64,000 nt of DNA from Macrostomum lignano (lineage: Eukaryota). The translations under genes were made by a program, and so were the position numbers. The notes under the pieces were generated by a model. The model was given only the letters and a program-made list of their open reading frames with translations. It was not told the origin of the DNA and did no database searches. Shown here in pieces: positions 12,846-25,871 of the stretch; within the stretch, counting starts at the first letter, position 1; every line of letters begins with the position of its first letter. Location: NCBI GenBank assembly GCA_002269645.1, contig NIVC01000299.1:186001-250000 (forward strand), in the 5' to 3' direction.

Positions 12846-12913
12846 TGACTCTAACACTAACCCAAACCCTAACCATAGCACCAACCCGAAATGCCTGATA
12901 ACCCTAATAGCGA

Positions 12914-13126
12914 ATGGCTGCTACTTATAGTAGCATTCAGAATGTTCGCTCTCAAAGCCGCACTATGAATGTAAATAATCGGCTTCGAGATTCCATCGCA
13001 AATCGCTCGAGCTGTCTCTCCCGCCAACTGCAGCCCCGGCCGGACCCGATGCTGTTCTCTCCGTCAGCCTGGCTGAAGACACCCTCGCTGCCCATCAAGC
13101 TGAGCAAAGACTCGAAGAAAGCCAAG

Positions 13127-13163
<37 letters not shown>

Positions 13164-14340
13164 AGCAGCTGGCTAAAGCAGCCGCAGAATCCAACGGGCA
13201 GCCCGACGCCCCCTCCACCCCTCCGGACTCAACAGACCCTGCCACGCACGCAATCCCCTGCAGAAATGTGGCCTTCGCACTCGATGACGACTCCACCCTG
13301 TACAGCAACACCTGGGTGCTGTCGCTGCACTCGCCCGTGCTGGAGGCCATGTTCTCCAACCGGTTCATTGAAAGCGACCAGGCCGTGGTGAAGCTGCCGG
13401 GCAAGGATCAGGCGCCGATGCGGGCTCTGCTGAACTGCCTGCACAATTTGCACTTTTGCCGGCCTATTAGCAACTACATCAGCCCTGAGCTGGCTGTGCC
13501 TGTCCTCGCGCTGATCAAGGAGTACCAGGTGCAGGTGCTGTGGGAGCCCGCGGTGCAGCTCCTCCGCAACAATATTACCAAAGCTAATGTTGTGGTGTAC
13601 TTTCAGGTGAGCTCTACTTTATTTTGCCACTCCGTCTCCTCCGGTTCAGCCAGACACTCCGCCCCACTTCCGGTTCTTCAACCGGCTACTTTCCGCCCCA
13701 CTCCCGGTTCTTCAGCCGGCTACTTTCCGCCCCACTTCCGGTTCTTTAGCCGGCCACTTTCCGCCCCACTCCCGGTTCTTCAACCGGCCACTTTCCGCCC
13801 CACTCCCAGTTCTTCAACCGGCCACTTTCCGCCCCCTCCCCCGTTCCTCAGTAAGCCACTCACAGTTGAACAAAGTAAATAAGCTGAGCTCCCACCTGCC
13901 CCAAACCGCCGCAGGAGGTGCTGGACTACAAGCTGGATGAGCTGGAGTACTCCATGCTGGCCGAGATGAGCCTGTTATTCGAGAAATGCCTCCGCACTCT
14001 GGAGACTCAGAAAGCGTTTCGCGAGCTCAGCCGGCCGATCAGGGAGCGAATCCTCAGCGCTCTGTGCGTGTACCACCGGGTGACACCCGCCAACGAGGTC
14101 CTCGGCGAGTCCGAGTGGTTCGGCCACGACCCCAACTGCAAGGGCTGCGGCCGGGTCAAGGACATTGTGGTGGATTGCGAGAAATGCCTGCACGACAATT
14201 TCATCTGCAGCCGCTGCCGCCAGTACGGCATCTTCATCTGCTACGCCTGCAACGAGGAGAACTCCTTGAATATCCGGCGCATGCGGCAGCCCGCCGGCCC
14301 CGCTGACAGGGAGGCCGCGGCCGCCGATGAAGATGATTGA
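12914..14340 (+). CDS. BTB/POZ-domain protein with polyQ tract and C-terminal 4xCxxC region, about 372 aa; exons 12914-13606, 13915-14340
   Basis: BTB motifs (NVAFALDD, LSLHSPVLEAMFSNRFIES, VKLPGKD, LALIKEYQV). The phase-0 intron CAG|GTGAGC...CCGCAG|GAG joins the two track ORFs in frame. Start codon uncertain. Confidence 0.8.
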
Positions 14341-14506
14341 GGCTGGGAGAGAGGCTCTTTGTTTAGAGTGACATATTGCCATGTACAGAGTGACATTTTA
14401 CATCAAGTGTGACATTCAAATGATATGCCGTTTAGAGTGACACCTCGCCTTGTTGAGTTGCATGAAAGAATAAAATTTGCTATTGGGTAGCGTGGATTCT
14501 GCTGCT

Positions 14507-17300
14507 TAGAGTGACATTGATCTCCCATGTAGAGTGACATTGATCTCCCATGTAGAGTGACATTGATCTCCCATGTAGAGTGACATTGATCCCTCATGTA
14601 GAGTGACATTGATCCCTCATGTAGAGTGACATTGATCTCACGTGTAGAGTGACATTGATCTACAGTGTAGAGTGACATTGATATCCCGTGTAGAGTGACA
14701 TTGATCTCCCGTGTAGAGTGACATTGATCCCTCATGTAGAGTGACATTGATCTACAGTGTAGAGAGACATTGATCCCTCATGTAGAGTGACATTGATCCC
14801 TCATGTAGAGTGACATTGATCTACAGTGTAGAGAGACATTGATCTACAGTGTAGAGAGACATTGATCTCCCGTGTAGAGTGACATTGATCCCTCATGTAG
14901 AGTGACATTGATCTACAGTGTAGAGAGACATTGATCTACAGTGTAGAGAGACATTGATCTCCCATGTAGAGTGACATTGATCCCTCATGTAGAGTGACAT
15001 TTATCTACAGTGTAGAGAGACATTGATCTCCCATGTAGAGTGACATTGATCCCTCATGTAGAGTGACATTGATCTACAGTGTAGAGAGACATTGATCTAC
15101 AGTGTAGAGAGACATTGATCTACAGTGTAGAGTGACATTTATCTACTGTGTAGAGTGACATTGATCCCTCATGTAGAGTGACATTGATCTACAGTGTAGA
15201 GAGACATTGATCTACAGTGTAGAGAGACATTGATCTACAGTGTAGAGAGACATTGATCTACTGTGTAGAGTGACATTGATCTACAGTGTAGAGTGACATT
15301 GATCTACAGTGTAGAGTGACATTGATCTACAGTGTAGAGTGACATTTATCTACAGTGTAGAGTGACATTGATCTACAGTGTAGAGTGACATTTATCTACA
15401 GTGTAGAGTGACATTTATCTACTGTGTAGAGTGACATTGATCTACAGTGTAGAGTGACATTTATCTACAGTGTAGAGTGACATTGATCTACAGTGTAGAG
15501 TGACATTGATCTACAGTGTAGAGTGACATTTATCTACAGTGTAGAGTGACATTTATCTACTGTGTAGAGTGACATTGATCTACAGTGTAGAGTGACATTG
15601 ATCTACTGTGTAGAGTGACATTTATCTACAGTGTAGAGTGACATTGATCTACAGTGTAGAGTGACATTGATCTACAGTGTAGAGTGACATTGATCTACAG
15701 TGTAGAGTGACATTTATCTACTGTGTAGAGTGACATTGATCTACAGTGTAGAGTGACATTTATCTACAGTGTAGAGTGACATTGATCTACAGTGTAGAGT
15801 GACATTTATCTACTGTGTAGAGTGACATTGATCTACAGTGTAGAGTGACATTGATCTACTGTGTAGAGTGACATTTATCTACAGTGTAGAGTGACATTGA
15901 TCTACAGTGTAGAGTGACATTGATCTACAGTGTAGAGTGACATTGATCTACAGTGTAGAGTGACATTTATCTACTGTGTAGAGTGACATTGATCTACAGT
16001 GTAGAGTGACATTGATCTACAGTGTAGAGTGACATTGATCCCTCATGTAGAGTGACATTGATCTCCCATGTAGAGTGACATTTATCTACTGTGTAGAGTG
16101 ACATTGATCTACAGTGTAGAGTGACATTGATCTACAGTGTAGAGTGACATTTATCTACTGTGTAGAGTGACATTTATCTACTGTGTAGAGTGACATTGAT
16201 CTACAGTGTAGAGTGACATTGATCTACAGTGTAGAGTGACATTTATCTACTGTGTAGAGTGACATTGATCTACTGTGTAGAGTGACATTTATCTACTGTG
16301 TAGAGTGACATTGATCTGCTGTGTAGAGTGACATTTATCTACTGTGTAGAGTGACATTGATCTACAGTGTAGAGTGACATTTATCTACTGTGTAGAGTGA
16401 CATTTATCTACTGTGTAGAGTGACATTTATCTACAGTGTAGAGTGACATTGATCTACTGTGTAGAGTGACATTGATCTACTGTGTAGAGTGACATTTATC
16501 TACTGTGTAGAGTGACATTTATCTACAGTGTAGAGTGACATTTATCTACTGTGTAGAGTGACATTGATCTACAGTGTAGAGTGACATTGATCTACTGTGT
16601 AGAGTGACATTTATCTACTGTGTAGAGTGACATTTATCTACAGTGTAGAGTGACATTGATCTACAGTGTAGAGTGACATTGATCTACAGTGTAGAGTGAC
16701 ATTGATCTGCAGTGTAGAGTGACATTTATCTACTGTGTAGAGTGACATTTATCTACAGTGTAGAGTGACATTGATCTACAGTGTAGAGTGACATTGATCT
16801 ACAGTGTAGAGTGACATTTATCTACAGTGTAGAGTGACATTTATCTACTGTGTAGAGTGACATTGATCTACAGTGTAGAGTGACATTTATCTACAGTGTA
16901 GAGTGACATTTATCTACTGTGTAGAGTGACATTGATCTACAGTGTAGAGTGACATTTATCTACAGTGTAGAGTGACATTGATCTACAGTGTAGAGTGACA
17001 TTGATCTACAGTGTAGAGTGACATTGATCTACAGTGTAGAGTGACATTTATCTACTGTGTAGAGTGACATTGATCTACAGTGTAGAGTGACATTGATCTA
17101 CAGTGTAGAGTGACATTTATCTACAGTGTAGAGTGACATTTATCTACTGTGTAGAGTGACATTGATCTACAGTGTAGAGTGACATTTATCTACAGTGTAG
17201 AGTGACATTTATCTACTGTGTAGAGTGACATTGATCTACAGTGTAGAGTGACATTTATCTACAGTGTAGAGTGACATTGATCTACAGTGTAGAGTGACAT
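14507..17300 (+). repeat. 23-bp satellite (TGTAGAGTGACATTGATCTACAG), about 120 copies
   Basis: Uninterrupted tandem array directly downstream of the BTB gene. Confidence 0.97.
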
Positions 17301-17408
17301 GGCAACGGTTTGCTTTGTTTATTTGCCCGACCACGTGTTTACTCCAGTTTGCGTTTGTTTTAATTTCAAATTTTAACGAACTGCTTTTGTTGATTTGTTT
17401 TGTTTTAA

Positions 17409-20197
17409 CAGTAGGAATACCAAGCCATTTTTCCGCCCGTCGAACTACCAAGGGGGGGGGGAAAAAATTTCCCCCCCCCCTGACAAATTTTTTTGCTGCG
17501 CCGGAACGGAGCAACGCAGACACACAAAATTCAAGAACACGGGCTAACTTTTTGTTGCGCACCTTCTCAAACAAGAATCAAGTCGCCAGCCCTCCGGACC
17601 GTCGAGATATTCGACGATTCTGCCAGAAGGTCGGATTTTTCCCATAAGCGCTAGTGTATTCAGTACACCCCTGTGCGCCAATCAGCACTGCGCCTCAGTG
17701 CAGCCTTGCCAAGTCTCCAAATTTCATCAGCACGTCGACCACATGTGTCTGCATCAGCTCTGACTTCGTTGGTCACTAGCCTTCACCCAGGCGGAGCTTC
17801 TGGACCTTCAACAGGTGGCACCAAGTGACTATGGACACTCTGATACGAATTTCTCGAGTTTCGCTGATCAAGCCTCGACAGTGGGCATACCTCAACTGCT
17901 AGGTATCCTCAGCTAGTCTCTCGAGCCTTCCATCATCACCCCGACGCCGTCGGCACCTTCAACGGATTACACCAGGTGACTATGAACACCCTGATGCAAA
18001 TTTCTCTAGTTTCGCTGATCAAGCCTTGCCAATGGGCAAGCCTCAACCGCGAAACATCTTCAGCTAGTCTCTCAAGCATTCAGTCATCACCCCGACGCCG
18101 TCGGCACCTTCAACAGATGACACCAGGCGACTATGAACACCTTGATGCGAATTTCTCTAGTTTCGCTGATCAAGCCTCGACAGTGAGCAAGCCTCAACTT
18201 CTGGACACCCTCAGCTAATCTCTCAAGCATTCAGTCATCACTCGGACGCCGTCGGCACCTTCAACAGATGACACCAGGCGACTATGAACACCTTGATGCG
18301 AACTTCTCGAGTTTCACCGATCAAGCCTCGACAGTAGGCAAGCCTAAACTGCCGGACACCCTCAGCTAGTCTCTCAAGCATTCCGTCATCATCCCGACGT
18401 CGTCGGCTCCTTCAACAGATTACAACAGGTGACTATGAACATCCTATTGCAAATATGTCAGGTTTTTCTGATCAAGCTTCAATATTGGGCAAACCTCAAC
18501 TGCTGGACATCCTCAGCTAGTCTCTCAAGCATTCCGTCATCATCCGGACGCCGTCGGCTCCTTCAACAGATTACAACAGGTGACTATGAACATCCTATTG
18601 CAAATATGTCAGGTTTTCTGATCAAGCTTCAATATTGGGCAAACCTCAACTGCTGGACATCCTCAGCTAGTCTCTCAAGCATTCCGTCATCATCCGGACG
18701 CCGTCGGCTCTTTCAACAGATGACACCAGGGGAGTAAGGACACCTGAGCGTGATTTTTCATCATGCTCTTAACATTTCTGAAGCTCTCAAAATTTTTCAA
18801 GCACGGAAATTGCTATAGTTATGCTTGAACTCATGTTGCTGTATATTTATATTATTATTACACATACTTTTATGCATACGAGCTACATACATATTTTATT
18901 CGAAAAGCTGCTTAGTTTATTCAGCTATAATATTGAACCCAATGCAGAAAGGGTTATGCTTTTAAAAAGCCAGTAAATTCAGTCGGTTTTTTCATTTTTT
19001 AATGATTCAGAAATGTTAAGAGCATGATGAAAAATCACGCTCACGTGTCATTACTCCCCTGGTGCCACCTGTTGAAGGTGCCGACGGCGTCGGGGTGATG
19101 ACGGAATGCTTGACTGACTAGCTGAGGATGTCCAGCAGTTGAGGTTTGCCCAATATTGAAGCTTGATCAGAAAAACCTGACATATTTGCAATAGGATGTT
19201 CATAGTCACCTGTTGTAATCTGTTGAAGGAGCCGACGACGTCGGGATGATGACGGAATGCTTGAGAGACTAGCTGAGGGTGTCCGGCAGTTTAGGCTTGC
19301 CTACTGTCGAGGCTTGATCGGTGAAACTCGAGAAGTTCGCATCAAGGTGTTCATAGTCGCCTGGTGTCATCTGTTGAAGGTGCCGACGGCGTCCGAGTGA
19401 TGACTGAATGCTTGAGAGATTAGCTGAGGGTGTCCAGAAGTTGAGGCTTGCTCACTGTCGAGGCTTGATCAGCGAAACTAGAGAAATTCGCATCAAGGTG
19501 TTCATAGTCGCCTGGTGTCATCTGTTGAAGGTGCCGACGGCGTCGGGGTGATGACTGAATGCTTGAGAGACTAGCTGAAGATGTTTCGCGGTTGAGGCTT
19601 GCCCATTGGCAAGGCTTGATCAGCGAAACTAGAGAAATTTGCATCAGGGTGTTCATAGTCACCTGGTGTAATCCGTTGAAGGTGCCGACGGCGTCGGGGT
19701 GATGATGGAAGGCTCGAGAGACTAGCTGAGGATACCTAGCAGTTGAGGTATGCCCACTGTCGAGGCTTGATCAGCGAAACTCGAGAAATTCGTATCAGAG
19801 TGTCCATAGTCACTTGGTGCCACCTGTTGAAGGTCCAGAAGCTCCGCCTGGGTGAAGGCTAGTGACCAACGAAGTCAGAGCTGATGCAGACACATGTGGT
19901 CGACGTGCTGATGAAATTTGGAGACTTGGCAAGGCTGCACTGAGGCGCAGTGCTGATTGGCGCACAGGGGTGTACTGAATACACTAGCGCTTATGGGAAA
20001 AATCCGACCTTCTGGCAGAATCGTCGAATATCTCGACGGTCCGGAGGGCTGGCGACTTGATTCTTGTTTGAGAAGGTGCGCAACAAAAAGTTAGCCCGTG
20101 TTCTTGAATTTTGTGTGTCTGCGTTGCTCCGTTCCGGCGCAGCGGGAGGGTTTGTCAGGGGGGGGGGAATTTTTCCCCCCCCTTGGTAGTTCTACTG
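17409..20197. mobile_element. Non-autonomous foldback DNA transposon with long inverted arms containing 151-bp tandem units
   Basis: Arm ~17409-18782 is the reverse complement of arm 19006-20197, around a 223-bp spacer. Termini CAGTAG...CTACTG, with TTAA on both flanks (17405-17408, 20198-20201). Confidence 0.9.
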
Positions 20198-20726
20198 TTA
20201 ATTCTCTGTAGCTGCTAATTTTGTATCTGATAGATGAAGACTACAAGCCACGTTATTCCGCTATTGTTTTATCGACAAAGATTTATTCAGTAGAATAGAC
20301 TGATTTTTGAGACTCAGCTTTTGATCATGTGAAAATATTCCAGGCGTGGCTTCTTAAATTTTATGCACTGTCAGAGTTGCACCAAAACTGAATATGTTAA
20401 ATTCGGAATTTTTTAAACTTTTGCTAACAACCCGCGTGTCTTCCACTGCTATCATAATAATGTAATAGTGCTGCATAAACATGTGCTGTATATTTATTCA
20501 AGACAGAGAAGATGTCCAACCATCGCTTGTAATTGTCCTAATTTTGTGATGTTCTTTTTTTAATGAGATTAAACCGCAGTTTTAATTTATTTATCCATAA
20601 TGCCAGATATTAAAAAGATTTTAAACTAAAGGACTAAAAAGCCTGCGATTTTATCCGCTTCCCTCTTTGAGCCTTGGCAACTTGACAACTTGGCCCTTGA
20701 GCCGCACTTAGACGACGCCCATTCCG

Positions 20727-21139
20727 CTAACCCCTGGCAACCACGGGCAGCTGGTTCTGTGGTGGTGCCGGCGTCCGGAGGAGGTGGATAGTCGCTCGCC
20801 CGGTAGCCCTTAGGTAGCGGACGAGCTGGCAGAGATTCTCAGGCCTGAGAACGTCGGAGAGGTCCGGGTTTGGGCCAGCTTGAGTTAAAGCGGGGCAGTC
20901 ACAGATGAAGTAAGTGCAGAGAGGCACAATGGGCATTTCTCACTACGGATTTTTCCCTGGAGGTGGCGACGCCTGGCAAAACAGCCATGACCCGAGAGGG
21001 CCATGGTCACCGACCTGACGTCCCTGCGGTTGAGTCCAAGCAGGGCCCTGCGCAGGGCGGAGGAAGGACAGGGGACAGCCGCGCGGGATTGCCGGCAGTC
21101 GGGGACATTAGCCCACCTCTCCCTGTGCTTAGAAGCCAC
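20727..21139 (-). mobile_element. 3' fragment of a non-LTR retrotransposon (Loa/R1-like C-terminus)
   Basis: W...CRQS...[20 protein letters not shown]...CPLC followed, after a frameshift or deletion, by YFICDCPAL, the typical C-terminal CCHC region. Confidence 0.65.
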
Positions 21140-22327
21140 CCACTGGTTGATCCGAGTGGTGACAACGGCGGTGGGGGCCTCAAACGCACCTCAAATGCCT
21201 CACACGAAAGTCTTTATTTCCTCACTTCTGATTGGTTGCCAGGAGAAAAAGCAATGACATTTAAATTTCGTCAGACTGAACTCACACATGGCAAGAGGGA
21301 GATGGAAGACTCCTCGGCTGTGAAAGTTTTTGATGTTTTTAAGTTGACGGATGCAATTCTGCATTGACGGATCGAATAGCAGGAAACACAGGCTGTCCTG
21401 ACTCCTGTTGCTTCGTCCGTGAATGGTGGCACCGATTCAATCCTACTTGCGATTTAGATCTCATCGATGACCCGGGTCACGACCTTCTCCATCTGTGACA
21501 GCTTTGAAGCTCTCAGCGCAAGGAAGCCTTCGCCTTGGTGCTGAAGCTCTGGCATGTCCTCAATGTCAAGTCGCCGTACAAGAGAAAATGCAAGCGGGGC
21601 ATCAGTCAGGATCCTGTTCGTTCATCGCTTGACTGGAAGCTGCAATTTCTGGAGGAGTTCGCTGACTTTCTTGACAGCTGGGAGGAGTCAGGCAATCCTG
21701 GCATGTCCAAGGAGACCTTCTTTGCCTGCCGCATGACGTTCCGTGCCCTGGCCTGCTGTGCAAGGCATTTGCTGCACCATGAAGGCTTCTCCTATGTGCT
21801 TCTTGGAGCGATTCAGTCCGACTGCATTGAGCGCCGATTCGGTTGGCTTCGGCAAATGTCCGGGGCAAATTTCTTCATTTCCGCGCGACAGGTGAAGGAA
21901 AACAGCAGAAAAATTGCTGTCGTAAGCCTGCTGAAGTAATCGGACTTTTCCTTGAAGAAAATCGACATGGTGTCATCGAGGTGCCCTCCGACTCTGGCTC
22001 TATTCGGGAATCTGTTAGCATTCTGGCTGTGCAGCTGGAGATGGACAGCCATCCTCGGGCCAGAAGACCCGACTGCAATCTTCTATGTCACCCCGCAGTT
22101 GCTCGTAAGTTCGTGCAGAACCGAAAGTGCGACTCCTGCAGACAGCTACTACTTGAACAGGAAGAGGTGCCATCGTTGGATCTTGATTGGGTTCCGGCTG
22201 AGGCATCATCATTCTTTGATCAGATCAACCGAGGAGGTCTGTGCCAGCCAACAGAACTAGCTTTCGCACTTTCAATGCATTCCTGCTCAAGGCATTCCTG
22301 ACTGTGCAGCAGCAGCAGCAGCAGCAG

Positions 22328-22569
22328 CTGTTTATCCTCTTTATTGACACCGTCAACGACGTCGTCAGCCCTCCCGCGGAGCTCTCTATGTACTATGCAC
22401 TTGCTGGACTGCCCTGCTCTAGCCGGCGCCAGGCTCCGCTTCCTCGGAGGACACACCATTGAACTCAGCAGCATCTCTGCCGACCCCCTCGGCCTGGTCG
22501 CGCTGGCCAAGCACTGCCTTTAGCTGTGCTTGGGCGCTTCCTACCACACACACACACACGCACACACAC
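22328..22569 (+). mobile_element. 242-bp internally deleted LINE remnant with (CA)n tail
   Basis: RT fragment LFILFIDTVNDVVSPPAELSMY fused to C-terminal HLLDCPALAGARLRFLG...KHCL*, then a (CA)n tail. Flanked by identical G(CAG)7 (22306-22327, 22570-22591). Confidence 0.7.
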
Positions 22570-22598
22570 GCAGCAGCAGCAGCAGCAGCAGGTCTTCT

Positions 22599-25500
22599 TC
22601 AGTGGACCGATGAAGACGCTAGGGGACACCTCACCGAACACTGGAGCGCGACTAACGGCCTCCACGTCTGTAACGGAACCAGCCACACCAGGAGCAGCCC
22701 GAGCAGCGGATCCCGGAGCTCACCCGATCTGACGCTGGCAAAGGGCTTCCTGACCGCGATCATCCCGGCGGTTTGGAGGACCGAAAAGGATATGAGCAGC
22801 GATCATCTCCCCATCACCTTCCCGCTGGCAATGGCAAGGCGCGAACTCAAGCACGGTATCACTCGCTGGAGCTTCGCCAAGGCCGACTGGCCCGCCTTCA
22901 GACAACATCTAGCCGACATCCAAGGACCCCAAGACTGGGGTGACGTGGACCCTGAACACGCGGCCCTCTGCGCCGACATCATCGAGGCCTCCACTCAGGC
23001 GATCCCCAGAGGCAGCCCCAAAAACAACCGCTGCCCTTTCTGGACCCCAGACTGCGAAATCAGCCGACAAGCCTGCATCAGAGCAAGGGCGACGGCCGAG
23101 TCCGACCCGACCCCAGGAAACCTCGCGGCCTACAACGCAGCTCGACATGCCGCCAGCAATACCATCCGCAAAGAGCGCAGAGGCTTCCTGGAAGACCGCG
23201 CCAGCGAAATGACGGTTGACAGCAACCTCTTCCGGCTCCTGCGCGCAGCCAGAGGAGATACGCCAGTCCCGCGCGGCAAAGTCGACATCACCCGGAAGTC
23301 GGTCGACGGCGTCGAGCTCCGACCGGCGCGCACCGACAAAGAAAAGGCAGACACTTTCTGCCAAATCTACGCCGCTGCCGCCAGGGTCCCCCGCCGACAG
23401 GAGGACTACAAGATCCGCTACGAGGCAAGACGCGCCAGGAGACGACCAGTCCATCCGCCGGTACCCTTCACTCTCCTGGAGCTCAGATCAGCTATCCGAC
23501 AACTCAAATCCGGCAAAAGCGCCGGGGAAGACGGCGTTACCAACGAGATGCTCAAACGCCTCCCACCGGCCACCGACCAACGCCTCCTGGACCTCATCAA
23601 CCGCACGTGGATACAACAGCGCTGCCCCAGAAGCTGGAGGTCGGCAATCATCATCCCAATTGCCAAAAAAGGGAAGACGCCACCCTCCCAACATCCTACC
23701 GACCGGTGGCCCTTACGAGCTGCATCGCCAAATGTGCGGAGAGGATGGTGCTCCAAAGACTCAACCGCCAGCTCGAAACCAACGGCTCCCTGTCCCCGGC
23801 ACAAGCCGGATTCCGCAGCGGCCGCAGCACCGAGGAGCAGCTCGCCAGGGTCTGTCAGGACATCTTCGACGGCCTGGAACGCTCTCCACCGCACAGGAGC
23901 ATCCTCGCGTGCATGGACTTCAAAGGAGCCTACGAAACGGTCTGGAAGGAAGGCCTCGTTGTGAAGATGACTCGAGTAAAGATCGACCAGAACATCATCG
24001 GCTGGACGGAAGCCTTCCTTTCCGACCGACGCGCAAGAGTCCGCTTCGGGCGCACCCTGAGCCGCCAGCGCGTCTTCCGAGAGGGACTTCCACAAGGCTC
24101 GGTCCTGGCGCCAACTCTCTGGAACATCTACGTGAATGACCTAGAGGAGGCAGTAGTCACGACAGCAGCGCCGGACTGCGGCATCAGCCTCTACGCCGAT
24201 GATTCGGCTGTCCTCAGCACCCAGCCCTCACTGGCGAGCTGCGGAGCCAGGATACAACCGGCACTCGACCCTATAGCCAACTGGACCAAAGAGTGGAAAA
24301 TCACCCTGAGTACCAGTAAGTGCTCAACATTCACGCTCGCCAAGCACGCAGCCAACGTCTGCCGCCGCATGAGCCGACGCCGACGCGCTCTCGCCGACCT
24401 CGCGAACCGCGCGGTAGGAGCCACCCAGGAGGTGCTCCGGACGGCCTACCAGGCAACCATCCGCGCCGTGGCCGAATACGGATGCGGAGTCTGGGGAGCC
24501 AGCGCGGCACCGAGTACCAAACTGCTTATCGAACAGCAACAGAACAGCTGCGCAAGAATCATCACCGGATGCATGCTCCCAACTCAAACCACGGAGCTGC
24601 TTCGGACGGCCAACCTCCCCCCCTTTGGCCACACCATCCTGGAACGCACCGCCTGCCTCCGAGAACGGGTGATGCGCCTCCCGGAGGACGTCCCAGCACA
24701 CCGGACTGCGGCCAGAGACACCACCAGCAGACTACGAAACCGCGCCTACGAGAGCGCCCGCCGACAAGAAGAGGCAAATTTTAACGCGCTATAACGACTA
24801 CAAGCGCCCTTTCCGCGGCTGCTGGCGGCGAATCGCGAGAGAAATCACCGATCCCTGCGGCCTCGAAGACCGGCCCAGAGAGCCGTTCCCGCCACCGCCG
24901 CCCGACCTGGCACACCTCGCGCTCAACCGGTACAGCCAGACTTTCGACCTCACCCTCGCCGACGGCTGCGGCAGAGCAGTCCCGACGAGCGTCCGCCGCG
25001 ACAGGGCGATGTCAGCTCTCGAGCAGCTGACACCCTGTGACATCGACGCGTGGACGGACGGCAGCGTCAAGGAGGGCATCCACGACGCATGGGGTGCCGC
25101 GGTGGTCTGCACCCGCCTCTGGTGCCAAAAGATCACCGCCCCGGCCGGCCGGATCGCATGCAGCTTCCAGGCGGAGATGGTCGCGATCAGCGCCGCCCTC
25201 GACTACATTACTCAACTCCCGCCAGAGCACGGCCTTACAGTGCGGATCCTCAGCGACTCCAAATCAGCACTCACGGCCCTCCAGAGCGGCCCCAGTAGGC
25301 AGGACACCGCCGCCGGAAGCCGCTGCTGGGAGGCACTGGCCCACATGTCGCGCCCGTGCGACTTCGTCTGGGTCCCGGCCCACTGCGACGTCCCGGGCAA
25401 CGAGCAAGCAGACCGCTGCGCCAACGAAGCTAGACGCGGCCAACAGCAGGACGAACCCATTACGCTGCAGGCCGCCAAGGCCGCCATCCGACGCGCGCGG

Positions 25501-25871
25501 TCCGCCCGCGACCAGGAACTGCTTGGACGCCCCTGGCAACGACCACCACGACACCTGACCAGGAAAGAAACGGTGGCGATTAACCAACTCAGAGCCGGGT
25601 GCTCCACCCTGGCCGGGGCCACACGCCACCGGGTCGGCCTGACTGAGAACGCCAGCTGTCCTGACTGCGGGGCGCCCGACACGGAGGAGCATATCATCCT
25701 TGAATGCCCACGCGGCGACGCCCTTCGGGAGAGCACTGAGGACGAGAGGGACATCCGCGACGACCCGGAGCGCCTTCTCGCCCTCCTTCGCAGGTTGGGG
25801 CGCCTCTGAGCGCCCTCCCCCCAGCTGCCAGCGGCAGCGTTGTGGGGCGGTGGAAGAAAAGAAGAAGAAGA
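22599..25871 (+). mobile_element. 5'-truncated I-group (Ingi/Nimb-like) LINE: partial APE, RT, RNase H, CCHC; (GAA)n tail
   Basis: SSPDLTL and SSDHLPI (APE); SYRPVALTS, GLPQGSVLAP, YADD (RT); AWTDGS, QAEMVAI, SDSKSAL, WVPAHCDVPGNEQAD (RNase H); CPDCG...EHIILECP. 12-bp TSD AGCAGGTCTTCT at 22587-22598 and 25872-25883. Two or more frameshifts. Confidence 0.92.

Noticed and set aside
14507-17300. CRISPR-like array with palindromic repeat
   Set aside because: Units are contiguous with no unique spacers, the context is eukaryotic, and there are no cas genes.
17976-19662. Short mirrored ORFs in the foldback arms
   Set aside because: The unit length of 151 shifts frame at every repeat and stops recur.
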